This document shows, piece by piece, positions 50,333-59,238 of a DNA stretch of 64,000 bases. This stretch comes from Candidatus Zambryskiibacteriota bacterium (GTDB lineage Bacteria > Patescibacteriota > Minisyncoccia > Phycocordibacterales > DATDWN01), in the NCBI GenBank assembly GCA_026394775.1, contig JAPLZY010000008.1, positions 53,367 through 117,366 on the forward strand, written 5' to 3'. Under the pieces are notes generated by a model. It was given only the letters and a program-made list of their open reading frames with translations. It ran no database searches and had not been told where the DNA came from. Position numbers and translations under genes: made by a program. The first letter of the stretch is position 1, and each line of letters begins with the position of its first letter.

Positions 50333-51243
50333 ACAACACTCTCGTAAAACCAGAATGTCATATTTGCAACAGTCGCTCTGATTTTTTTATGAATAAAGAT
50401 CAGCATGATTTGTATCTTTGTCCTACGTGCGACCTTGTGTTTGTGTATCCGCTTGCGACACCAGAGAGTCTTCAGAAAAAATTGTATTCGTACGAATCGG
50501 GCTATCAGTCAAATAGGGTAGAGGACCTTACAGTCAGACCAGAGTATCCTCGCTGTAAGGTAGTGCTCGATTATGCACAAGAACTAAAACCCGCTTCTCA
50601 TTTTCTTGATGTGGGGTGCGGTAACGGCCAGCTTACGTATTGGGCACAAAAAAGAGGTTTTGACGCTGAGGGTGTAGAGGTAAATGAACGAACATCTGAG
50701 TATGCGAAAAGTCAGGGTCTGAAAGTGTTTACAGGTTTTCTTGAAGACGCGCCTTTGGAAAGTGCATCGTTTGATGTGGTTTTTCTAGGTGAGCTTATTG
50801 AACATGTGACAAACCCTCGTCTTATGATAGAGCAGTGTCACAAACTCTTGAATACGAAGGGGATTTTGATCATCACGACACCAAATATTGACTGTTTGTG
50901 GTCCCGTACCACATTGCAGTTTTACTATTGGTTTGGCATTCCGTGGTCTTCGGTCACACCGCCGTATCACCTTCATCAGTTCAATTCGACAAATATGGAT
51001 CTTCTCGTGGAGAAACAAGGTTTTGTTCTTGAACGCGAGTCATATTTAAGAATTCCACCTCTTAAGTATGAAATAGGGATGCTACACCTTCTTAAGCGAT
51101 ACAAAAAAAGTAAAAAAATAAGTGATTGTGTATTTATGCTCTTTTCTTATAGCCTGTACACTCTTACTCATACATTTTTCTTGCTCGCACATCCTTTCAT
51201 GAAAAAAGATTTCCAGATGATAAAGGTATATAAGAAGATATAG
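50329..51243 (+). CDS. Class I SAM-dependent methyltransferase with N-terminal Cys pairs
   Basis: CHIC..CPTC, LDVGCGNG, IEHV, TPN. Confidence 0.88.
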   Translation: MNNTLVKPECHICNSRSDFFMNKDQHDLYLCPTCDLVFVYPLATPESLQKKLYSYESGYQSNRVEDLTVRPEYPRCKVVLDYAQELKPASHFLDVGCGNGQLTYWAQKRGFDAEGVEVNERTSEYAKSQGLKVFTGFLEDAPLESASFDVVFLGELIEHVTNPRLMIEQCHKLLNTKGILIITTPNIDCLWSRTTLQFYYWFGIPWSSVTPPYHLHQFNSTNMDLLVEKQGFVLERESYLRIPPLKYEIGMLHLLKRYKKSKKISDCVFMLFSYSLYTLTHTFFLLAHPFMKKDFQMIKVYKKI

Positions 51244-51246
51244 AGC

Positions 51247-52068
51247 ATGAAAAAACTATCAGATAAAACCTACTGGGACTCTATATATCAAGATATGCCG
51301 GAAAGAACAACACGCCACTCTTTCTCTGCTATCTTCAAAGAAAAGCTCAAGCGTCTTACGCGTGATCATAGTAATTTTGTTATATGGGAAGTGTTAGCTA
51401 AAAAATATCTCCCACACAACCCTTCGTATAAAGTTTTGGAAGTGGGCTGTGCTCCAGGTAAATATCTCATGCATTTTAATACATCATATGGTTACAAACC
51501 CTATGGAGTAGAGTATTCAGAAAAAGGTGTCCAACTGACAAAAGAAAATTTTGTAAAAGCAGGATTAGATACATCAACTATATTGTTTGCAGATTTTTTT
51601 GATACAGAGTTTCAGGAGAAAAATAGAGAACAATACAATGTTGTCTTTTCGAGAGGCTTTATTGAGCATTTTGATAATGTAAAAGAAGTTGTAGACCTGC
51701 ACGCAAACCTTCTTATGTCAGGTGGGACTCTCATGGTGATGATACCAAACCTTAGTGGGATAAATAAAATCCTAGCAAAATATCTAAATAAAAAGTCGTA
51801 CGACCTTCATAATATAAGTATTATGAATAAAGAATCTTTCAACAATCTTTTTCCAGATAAAGAATTTAAAAAAATGTATTGCGATTATGTGGGTCTTTTT
51901 AGTATAGGTCTCTTTAATACTGATGCGGTATGGAAGTATCGCTTGTACCGAGTGCTTCTCGTACTTCAGCGTCCCGTAGACTTTTTCCTTAGAGTACTTT
52001 TTAAAAGTTACAGTTCGCATTTTGCCTCCACGAGTCCGTATTTACTCTGTATCGCACAGAAAAAATAG
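51247..52068 (+). CDS. Class I SAM-dependent methyltransferase
   Basis: LEVGCAPG, GFIEHF, IPN. Confidence 0.88.
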   Translation: MKKLSDKTYWDSIYQDMPERTTRHSFSAIFKEKLKRLTRDHSNFVIWEVLAKKYLPHNPSYKVLEVGCAPGKYLMHFNTSYGYKPYGVEYSEKGVQLTKENFVKAGLDTSTILFADFFDTEFQEKNREQYNVVFSRGFIEHFDNVKEVVDLHANLLMSGGTLMVMIPNLSGINKILAKYLNKKSYDLHNISIMNKESFNNLFPDKEFKKMYCDYVGLFSIGLFNTDAVWKYRLYRVLLVLQRPVDFFLRVLFKSYSSHFASTSPYLLCIAQKK

Positions 52069-52110
52069 CTCATTGAAAGAGAGTCTTTTGGGTGATACCA
52101 TATATTGTGT

Positions 52111-53016
52111 ATGGAACCTATGAAATCATTCTTTAGACCTCTCTGGAATTCCCCGATTGTCTATCGTGTAAGAGGAGTATTGTTCGATGTTTGCGAAGTC
52201 CTGACAGGCTATAGTGTAGAGAAAAAAAGATTTGAATCCAAAGTGGGCTATGTTCCTAACATACAGCATCCACGAAGTTTTAGTGAACATATTGTGTACA
52301 AAAAACTCTATGACCGCAACCCCTTGTTGGCTGTTGTGTCTGATAAATATGCAGTAAGAGGGTATATAAAAAAAATTCTTGGAGAAGAGGAGTCGAGCAA
52401 GGTTTTAATACCACTTCTCTATGCGACAAGTGATCTGCAAACAATCCCTTTCGACACGCTCTCTGGTGAATACATTATAAAAGCAAACCACAATTCCGGT
52501 CCGCATTTTATTGTTGAGAAAAACCAAATTCCAGACAGGGAACATATTATTTCAAGTCTCGAGAAACAGATTGCAATACCCTATGGCATATTAAAGCATG
52601 AGTGGGCATACAAAAAAATAAAAAATAAAATGGTGGTGGTGGAGCGTCTTCTTCGAGATGAAGACGGTAATATACCAAAAGATTATAAGTTCCATATGGT
52701 GAAAGGCCAGTGTGTTTTTATCCAGGTAGACTTTGACCGTTTTTCTAATCATTCACGAACACTCTATGACAAAGACTGGAACTATCTGCCGGTTACTTTA
52801 AAGTTTCCACAGGGTCCAGAGAAAGAAAGACCGGAGAATTTGGATAAAATGCTCAAACTCGCAACCCTCTTGTCGGCAGGATTTGATTATATACGTATTG
52901 ATCTTTATACTATCAAAGAAGATGTATATTTCGGAGAAATGACACACTATCCTGGCTCAGGGATGGAAAAATTTACACCAGAAGAGTTTGATTTTACACT
53001 CGGAACATATTGGTAG
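52111..53016 (+). CDS. TupA-like ATP-grasp protein
   Basis: DKY.VR.YI, KANH.SG, DYKF, RIDLY, FGEMT.YP.SG. Confidence 0.9.
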   Translation: MEPMKSFFRPLWNSPIVYRVRGVLFDVCEVLTGYSVEKKRFESKVGYVPNIQHPRSFSEHIVYKKLYDRNPLLAVVSDKYAVRGYIKKILGEEESSKVLIPLLYATSDLQTIPFDTLSGEYIIKANHNSGPHFIVEKNQIPDREHIISSLEKQIAIPYGILKHEWAYKKIKNKMVVVERLLRDEDGNIPKDYKFHMVKGQCVFIQVDFDRFSNHSRTLYDKDWNYLPVTLKFPQGPEKERPENLDKMLKLATLLSAGFDYIRIDLYTIKEDVYFGEMTHYPGSGMEKFTPEEFDFTLGTYW

Positions 53017-53025
53017 CTTATATAT

Positions 53026-54396
53026 ATGACAGAAAAACATTTTAATCCTCAAGTTTCTTGTGTACAGACGGGCGAGATGTACCCGGATTTTCCGTATGCT
53101 TCAGGTGGAGAATTAGAGAAAAACCTCAGAGATCTTTTAGAAGGTCTCGGCCTTTCAAGAGAAAATCCTTTTTCTTCATATGTAAAACCTGGTCAAACTG
53201 TATTGATCAAACCAAACTGGGTAAGAGATCGAAACCCACTCGGATACGACATATCTTCTCTTATTACCCACACATCTCTGATTAAATACGTAATTGATTT
53301 TTTGCTTGTCGCTATGGAAGGAAAAGGGAAGATAGTGATTGCTGATGCACCGCTTCAAAATTGTAATTTCTCTAACCTTAGAAAAGAAATCCGAATTGAT
53401 GAGTTGGTAGAAAGTGTGCTTAAAAAGTATCCAGATATGGATATTGTCATTGAAGACTGGAGGCTCACTACGATACGTAGTTCAGATACGCATGAACCAA
53501 AGGTTCAAAATTTTAAAGAGAGTTCAGAATACAGACTTGTTGATCTGGGTAAAGAGAGTTTACTTGAAGATGTTTCAAAATATTCAGATAGATTTAGGGT
53601 TACAAAGTATAAAAGAAGTTTGATGGCTCCGCATCATCAAAAGGGTATTCATGAATACTTGGTCTCTCGACGTATTCATGAGGCTGATTTTTTTATAAAT
53701 ATGCCAAAAATGAAGACGCATATTAAGGCAGGTCTTACATGTTCAATGAAGAACTTGGTAGGTATCAATGGTCACAAAGAGTTTTTACCACATCACATCA
53801 AAGGTTCGTATTTTGAAGGAGGAGACAACTACTCTCGCTCAAGCTGGCTTCGTGCTCGCTATGAAGATCTCTATGATTATGTATGGGAAAATATCAATAA
53901 CTTTTCGGTTCTTAAAAGAAAAATATTGATGCGAGCACTTCAGTACCTATGGGCCTTGGCAAATATTGTAGATAAAGAAAATATTTCAGCGGGAAGTTGG
54001 AGAGGGAATGATACTATATGGCGTACTACTCTCGACCTCAACCATATTGCCTATTTTGATGGAGCTAAGCCTCTAAAGATCCTTACTATAGTTGACGGTA
54101 TCATTGCAGGTGAAGGTCAGGGTCCGCTTGAGCCTACACCTAAACCTCTCGGGATTCTTTTGGCAGGAGAAAACCCTGCGTATATCGATGCTGTTGTGGC
54201 GCAGATGATGGGCTTTACTGTTGCCCGAATACCGACCGTATACAACGCTATCTATAACAGGAAATCAAAATTTTCAGATGTCTTTTTGGAAGATTTTAAA
54301 CTCGATTTCAAAGATCAAGAAGGGACTAAAAAAGTAGTGTTTTCTGAGATTCCTGATTTTAATTTTAAAAAGCCTTTGTTTTGGGAAGGGGCTTAA
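53026..54396 (+). CDS. DUF362 domain protein
   Basis: VLIKPNWV, PKMKTH.KAG.T...KN.VG, DGI.AGEG.GP. Confidence 0.85.
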   Translation: MTEKHFNPQVSCVQTGEMYPDFPYASGGELEKNLRDLLEGLGLSRENPFSSYVKPGQTVLIKPNWVRDRNPLGYDISSLITHTSLIKYVIDFLLVAMEGKGKIVIADAPLQNCNFSNLRKEIRIDELVESVLKKYPDMDIVIEDWRLTTIRSSDTHEPKVQNFKESSEYRLVDLGKESLLEDVSKYSDRFRVTKYKRSLMAPHHQKGIHEYLVSRRIHEADFFINMPKMKTHIKAGLTCSMKNLVGINGHKEFLPHHIKGSYFEGGDNYSRSSWLRARYEDLYDYVWENINNFSVLKRKILMRALQYLWALANIVDKENISAGSWRGNDTIWRTTLDLNHIAYFDGAKPLKILTIVDGIIAGEGQGPLEPTPKPLGILLAGENPAYIDAVVAQMMGFTVARIPTVYNAIYNRKSKFSDVFLEDFKLDFKDQEGTKKVVFSEIPDFNFKKPLFWEGA

Positions 54397-54410
54397 TATA
54401 GCTTGGCTAC

Positions 54411-55214
54411 ATGAAAATTAGCATTATTATTCCAACGTACAATCGGCCGAACCTTTTGAGTCGAGCACTTGAAAGTGTGTTTGCGCAAAAAGGTGATTTT
54501 GAGATTGTAGTGATCGATGATGCGAGTACGCCAGAAACTAAAAAAGTTGTAGATCTATATTTACAGAAAAGCCCTGTGCCTATGTTTTATATACAGCAGG
54601 AGACAAACAGAGGTGTAAATGCTGCGCGCAATCGAGGGATTAAGGAGGCAGGAGGAGAGTGGATTTTTTGTCTCGATGATGACGATGAACTTCTTTCGGG
54701 AGCAATCGCTTCTGTGTCAGAGAAGATCGATACACTTCCTCTAAACATAGATGTTATGTATTTTAATTCGATTATATACAACGGCACAACATGTGTTGAT
54801 GGAGGCTTTCAGTTTACAGAAGGTGCTCTATTGTATGACCCTACATATGAAGACACCATGACCAAGTTCGGTCTCAAAGGTGACTGCAAGCCAGTGTTTA
54901 GAAAGTCTTTATTCAAAAATCCTCGATACCTATTTCCTGAAACATTAAATGGATTTGAATCGTATACCATGAGTTTGCTTGCTCGAGACAAAAAAGGTAT
55001 TAGATACTTTAAAGAAAAAAGTACGCGTATTCACTTTAATCCAAAAGGAAATCACTTGAGCAATACTGCCCCTCGAAAAAACCCTATTCCTTTGTTTAAA
55101 ATTCACTGTAAACAACTCGGTGAGCATGCTTCTTTTTATCTTACTCATCCTATCTTCTCTCTCAAGAAAATAAAAGTAATGCTCAAGCTTTTAATTCGAG
55201 TTTTCCTCCGCTAA
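54411..55214 (+). CDS. GT2 glycosyltransferase
   Basis: IPTYNR, DDAS, ARNRG, LDDDD. Confidence 0.9.
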   Translation: MKISIIIPTYNRPNLLSRALESVFAQKGDFEIVVIDDASTPETKKVVDLYLQKSPVPMFYIQQETNRGVNAARNRGIKEAGGEWIFCLDDDDELLSGAIASVSEKIDTLPLNIDVMYFNSIIYNGTTCVDGGFQFTEGALLYDPTYEDTMTKFGLKGDCKPVFRKSLFKNPRYLFPETLNGFESYTMSLLARDKKGIRYFKEKSTRIHFNPKGNHLSNTAPRKNPIPLFKIHCKQLGEHASFYLTHPIFSLKKIKVMLKLLIRVFLR

Positions 55215-56504
55215 CTCAGGGGAGTCGGTAAATGTCTCTGCTTTAGACCAGTAAAAAAGTATAGTCACGATAAAGAAAGATAGTGTTCTGCCGATAAGCT
55301 GAGAGTATACGGCACCCCAGAGGCCCCATATGCTAATACAGAGTATATTTAATCCAATCTGGATGGTATTACTTGATACAGTAAAAATATAAAGTTGTTT
55401 ATTGTAGCCCTTAACCTGAAGCGCTGTTTGAGGAAGTATAGATGCGATTGTACAGAGACTCAAAGCAAAAACTTGAGAAAATTTTACCGCATCGATGTAT
55501 TGTTTAAAAAATAGTGAAAATATATATGGTGCAGCAAGAGCATAGAGAGCGCCTACGGCAATAGTGGCTCCAAGTGCAAGTAAAATATATTTAAGCATTC
55601 CTTTTTTAATAGATTCGAGACTTCGTTTTTCAAAACGTGTAAAAATAAGTCGAGAAAAGCCTTTAAAAACACTACGAATTTGTTCAGGTATTGCGATTGC
55701 AAAGAGGTATTGTGCAAGAGGCATACCTCCTATTATTTGGAACACTAGAATTTTATCTATTTGTGAAGCAACAACTCCCAAAAAAGAAAGCGCACTCTGG
55801 TGAAGACCGTAGGATACAAATTCTTTTGCATTAAATTCTTGAAATTTAGTTACAAATTTTTTTATATACACGTATGCACCCGCGTTTAGTAGTATTGTTG
55901 CAGAAAGACTAACAATAATAAGAAGAAGAGGGTAGTCTACAAACCGAGTATCTTTCACTAGCAATAACCATAGTATTAAAGCTACAGAAACACCTGCGTT
56001 TATACTTCCAGCATAGAGAGAAGATTCTCTAAATTTTTGTTGACCATTTAAAAATGAAGCAAAAAAAGTGAGACCATTAATAAGTGGGTAGCTTATCCCG
56101 ATAAGACCAATGCCAAATCCAAGTGTTTGGTTTCCATGTATAAAATAATAGCCTGCAGTTGCAAGGGAGATCAAGGTGAAAGGTATACTCCATATAATAT
56201 TTTTGTTAAAACCAAATGAAAGAGAGTTGTCTGCCCCTTGAGTTGTGTACTTCATTACACTCATGGCAAGGCCAAGTGGTGCAAAGGAACTCAAGAGGGC
56301 AGCGACAGTAAACACATATTTATATTGAGCATATACTTCTGGATTTACCCAGTTTGCAAAAGCAAGTCCCGCTAGAAAAGTGCTTCCAGATGCAAGTATT
56401 TGAAAGACGAGGTTCCATTTGGTCCCGGTATAGAGGTACGGTATGTCTATACCAAATGTGTTTTGTAGTCTTTGGCCGAGTTTGTTTTTTATGTCGAGTA
56501 GCAT
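55191..56504 (-). CDS. Wzx-like polysaccharide flippase (MOP family)
   Basis: About 12 TM segments, QIDKIL motif, position in the glycan locus. Confidence 0.8.
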   Translation of the reverse strand: MLLDIKNKLGQRLQNTFGIDIPYLYTGTKWNLVFQILASGSTFLAGLAFANWVNPEVYAQYKYVFTVAALLSSFAPLGLAMSVMKYTTQGADNSLSFGFNKNIIWSIPFTLISLATAGYYFIHGNQTLGFGIGLIGISYPLINGLTFFASFLNGQQKFRESSLYAGSINAGVSVALILWLLLVKDTRFVDYPLLLIIVSLSATILLNAGAYVYIKKFVTKFQEFNAKEFVSYGLHQSALSFLGVVASQIDKILVFQIIGGMPLAQYLFAIAIPEQIRSVFKGFSRLIFTRFEKRSLESIKKGMLKYILLALGATIAVGALYALAAPYIFSLFFKQYIDAVKFSQVFALSLCTIASILPQTALQVKGYNKQLYIFTVSSNTIQIGLNILCISIWGLWGAVYSQLIGRTLSFFIVTILFYWSKAETFTDSPELAEENSN

Positions 56505-56567
56505 ACGTTGATAGTATCACAGGAGTGACTAGCGATGAAGACATGCCTTTGATACAATACTCCTTAT

Positions 56568-58727
56568 ATGAACATCAAAAATATTTTAAAGTGGGGAGTG
56601 ATTGGAGGACTTTTTGCGGTCCCGTTTGTGCCGTTTATTGTTTCTTCAAGCATGCTCTTTCCGTTTATCACCGGCAAAGGCTTTGCGTTTCGAATTATTG
56701 TTGAAATAGTGGCGGTGTTGTATGTGCTTCTCGCACTTATCGATGTCGAGTATCGACCAAAGTTTTCTCTTATTACAAAAGCAGTGCTTGTCTTTACGGG
56801 AGTAGTCTTGTTGGCAGATCTACTCGGAGAAAATCCGTTTAAGAGTCTGTGGTCAAACTACGAGCGAATGGAAGGTTTTGTGCTTATCGCACATCTCGCT
56901 GTCTACTATATAGTGGCGAGTAGTGTCTTTCATACAAAAGAGTGGTGGGACAAATTTTGGAACACATCTCTCGTTGCTTCAGGACTCATGTCTCTCTATG
57001 GCTTTTACCAACTCTCAGGTCAAGCTGTTATAAACCAAGGAGGAGTACGTGTTGATGCTACATTTGGTAATGCATCATATTTGGCTATCTACATGGTTTT
57101 CCATATGTTTCTGTCTGCAAACTTTTTCCTCACAGCAAAAGAAAAAATGTGGCGATGGATCTACGGAGCTCTTTTTCTGGGTCAAGGTGTCATACTTTAT
57201 TTTACCGCAACTCGAGGTGCAATACTTGGACTCATTGGCGGAGCGCTCATTACTGTAGGTATTATTGCATGGAAAGAGCGAGCAAACGCTCAGGTAAGGA
57301 AAATCGCTATAGGCTTTGGGGCATGTATTGTACTCTTAGTCCTCATATTTGCAGGAATAAGAAATACAGAGTTTGTGCAAAAGAGCCCTGTGCTTTCTCG
57401 TTTCTCTACACTCTCATTTGCCGAAATCAAAACACAAGGACGATATTATGTGTGGCCGATGGCTATTGAAGGTTTCAAAGAGCGACCAATACTCGGTTGG
57501 GGACAGGAAAACTTCAACTATGTATTTAATAAAAATTACAACCCACTCATGTATGGACAAGAGCAGTGGTTTGACCGCACACACAACGTAGTGCTCGACT
57601 GGCTTATCGCAGGAGGTATCCTTGGACTTCTCTCATATCTTTCTTTGTATGGAGCACTATTGTATTTCATGTGGAAAAAGTCAGACTTTAGTCTTGAAGA
57701 AAAAGCAATCTTTACAGGATTTCTCGCAGCGTACTTCTTTCATAACTTCTTCGTATTCGACAATCTCGTAAGTTATATTATTTTCTTCTCACTTCTTGCC
57801 TATGTTCACGGGAGAAGTGTTCACCAGGGTCTCTGGGCGCGTCTTACGACACGCACATTAGGTAAAGATACCTTTACCTATGTAGCAATACCTGTAGCAG
57901 CTCTCGCACTTGTTGCATTGGTTTACTTTGTAAATGTGCCAGCGATCAGCGCATCTACTAATCTCATTTACGCTATCAGTCCTCAGAAAGAAGGTCCTGC
58001 AAAAAACCTGGAGTACTTCAAGAAAACATTTGCGTACAATTCATTTGGTCAAAGTGAAGCACTCGAACAGCTCGTGCCTGCCACTTCACAGCTACTTCAA
58101 GGTGAAGTGTCAGATGCGTTGAAACAGGATTTCCTTACCTTTACAGAAGTGCAGGTGGAAGCAAAAGTAAAACAAGCACCAGAAGATGCGCGTTACCTTC
58201 TTTTCGCAGGTTCGTTCTACAATCGAACAGGACAGTACGACAAAGCAATCGCTCATCTAGAAAATGCGGTCAAGTATTCTCCAAAGAAACCAACAATGTA
58301 CTTTGAACTCGGCTCAAGTTACTTGGGTAAAAAAGATTATGCAAAAACATTTGAGTATTTTGAAAAAGGTTACTTACTTGAACCACGTTTCCAAGATGCA
58401 GATATTATCTACACGATCGGTGCACTCTACGCTGGTAAGAAAGATGTCGCACAGAAAATGCTTGCAGAGCTCGGTTTGCGTGCGATCAGTGATGACCGAA
58501 TCTTGCGAACATTTGCAGACTTGAAAGACTATCAAACAGTAATCGCAATACTCAGTGCGCGTATACAAGCAGATCCAAAGAATCCACAAAACTTACTCAC
58601 GCTTGCAGGTGTATATGCAGAGATTGGTCAGAAACAACAAGCCATTGCGATCATTCAAAATTTGATCAAGGAGTATCCTGAATTTAAGTTACAAGGGGAT
58701 TCCTATATTAAAGAGTTGAGTAAATAA
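56568..58727 (+). CDS. O-antigen ligase family protein with TPR C-terminus
   Basis: TFGN, TRGA, R...W, G.G.ENF, DRTHN; TPR-like helices. Confidence 0.88.
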   Translation: MNIKNILKWGVIGGLFAVPFVPFIVSSSMLFPFITGKGFAFRIIVEIVAVLYVLLALIDVEYRPKFSLITKAVLVFTGVVLLADLLGENPFKSLWSNYERMEGFVLIAHLAVYYIVASSVFHTKEWWDKFWNTSLVASGLMSLYGFYQLSGQAVINQGGVRVDATFGNASYLAIYMVFHMFLSANFFLTAKEKMWRWIYGALFLGQGVILYFTATRGAILGLIGGALITVGIIAWKERANAQVRKIAIGFGACIVLLVLIFAGIRNTEFVQKSPVLSRFSTLSFAEIKTQGRYYVWPMAIEGFKERPILGWGQENFNYVFNKNYNPLMYGQEQWFDRTHNVVLDWLIAGGILGLLSYLSLYGALLYFMWKKSDFSLEEKAIFTGFLAAYFFHNFFVFDNLVSYIIFFSLLAYVHGRSVHQGLWARLTTRTLGKDTFTYVAIPVAALALVALVYFVNVPAISASTNLIYAISPQKEGPAKNLEYFKKTFAYNSFGQSEALEQLVPATSQLLQGEVSDALKQDFLTFTEVQVEAKVKQAPEDARYLLFAGSFYNRTGQYDKAIAHLENAVKYSPKKPTMYFELGSSYLGKKDYAKTFEYFEKGYLLEPRFQDADIIYTIGALYAGKKDVAQKMLAELGLRAISDDRILRTFADLKDYQTVIAILSARIQADPKNPQNLLTLAGVYAEIGQKQQAIAIIQNLIKEYPEFKLQGDSYIKELSK

Positions 58728-58817
58728 AACTTTCATATCTGAAAGTCTAAGAAAAAAATAATTTTAAAAAATAATTCTGAGAAATCAGAATTATTTTTTA
58801 TGTAAAATAAAAAAAAG

Positions 58818-58826
58818 TTATCCACA
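58818..58826 (+). promoter_or_regulatory. Consensus DnaA box (single)
   Basis: TTATCCACA in an AT-rich intergenic region. Confidence 0.4.
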
Positions 58827-58974
58827 ACATTTATTAAAAAAATATTGTAATGGAATCAAACTCGTATGATAATTAACGCAGGTCGGAATAATAAATGTGA
58901 AAATATTTATTACGAACTTTTAAAAATTAATTTATTTTGTGTCGACCGGCAACGGAAGATGCTAAAAAAATAAC

Positions 58975-59061
58975 ATGGCAGCAAAAAAGAAAGTTGTAAA
59001 GAAAGTTGCAAAAAAAGCAGCTCCAAAGAAGAAGAAAGTAGCAGCAAAAAAGAAAAAGTAA
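58975..59061 (+). CDS. 28-aa Lys/Ala-rich basic peptide (histone H1 tail-like)
   Basis: MAAKKKVVKKVAKKAAPKKKKVAAKKKK; terminator follows. Confidence 0.7.
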   Translation: MAAKKKVVKKVAKKAAPKKKKVAAKKKK

Positions 59062-59066
59062 TTTCT

Positions 59067-59101
59067 CAAAAAACCGTCCGATTTTAATCGGGCGGTTTTT
59101 T
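59067..59101 (+). terminator. Intrinsic terminator
   Basis: AAAAACCGTCCGATT-TT-AATCGGGCGGTTTTT. Confidence 0.8.
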
Positions 59102-59238
59102 GTTTTACTTTTTTTAAAGCAAATTATGTGTCGAGTGCGTCTATAAGTCGAGATAGGGCAAGGGGGTCAAAGAGAGAGTGCATGGGGCTCTTTTTTGTGC
59201 TAGAATAAACCAACAAAGACAGTATAAACCCGACATAT

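Noticed and set aside
58730-58870. Replication origin
   Set aside because: Only one DnaA box seen, no dnaA/dnaN nearby, and gene orientation does not switch.
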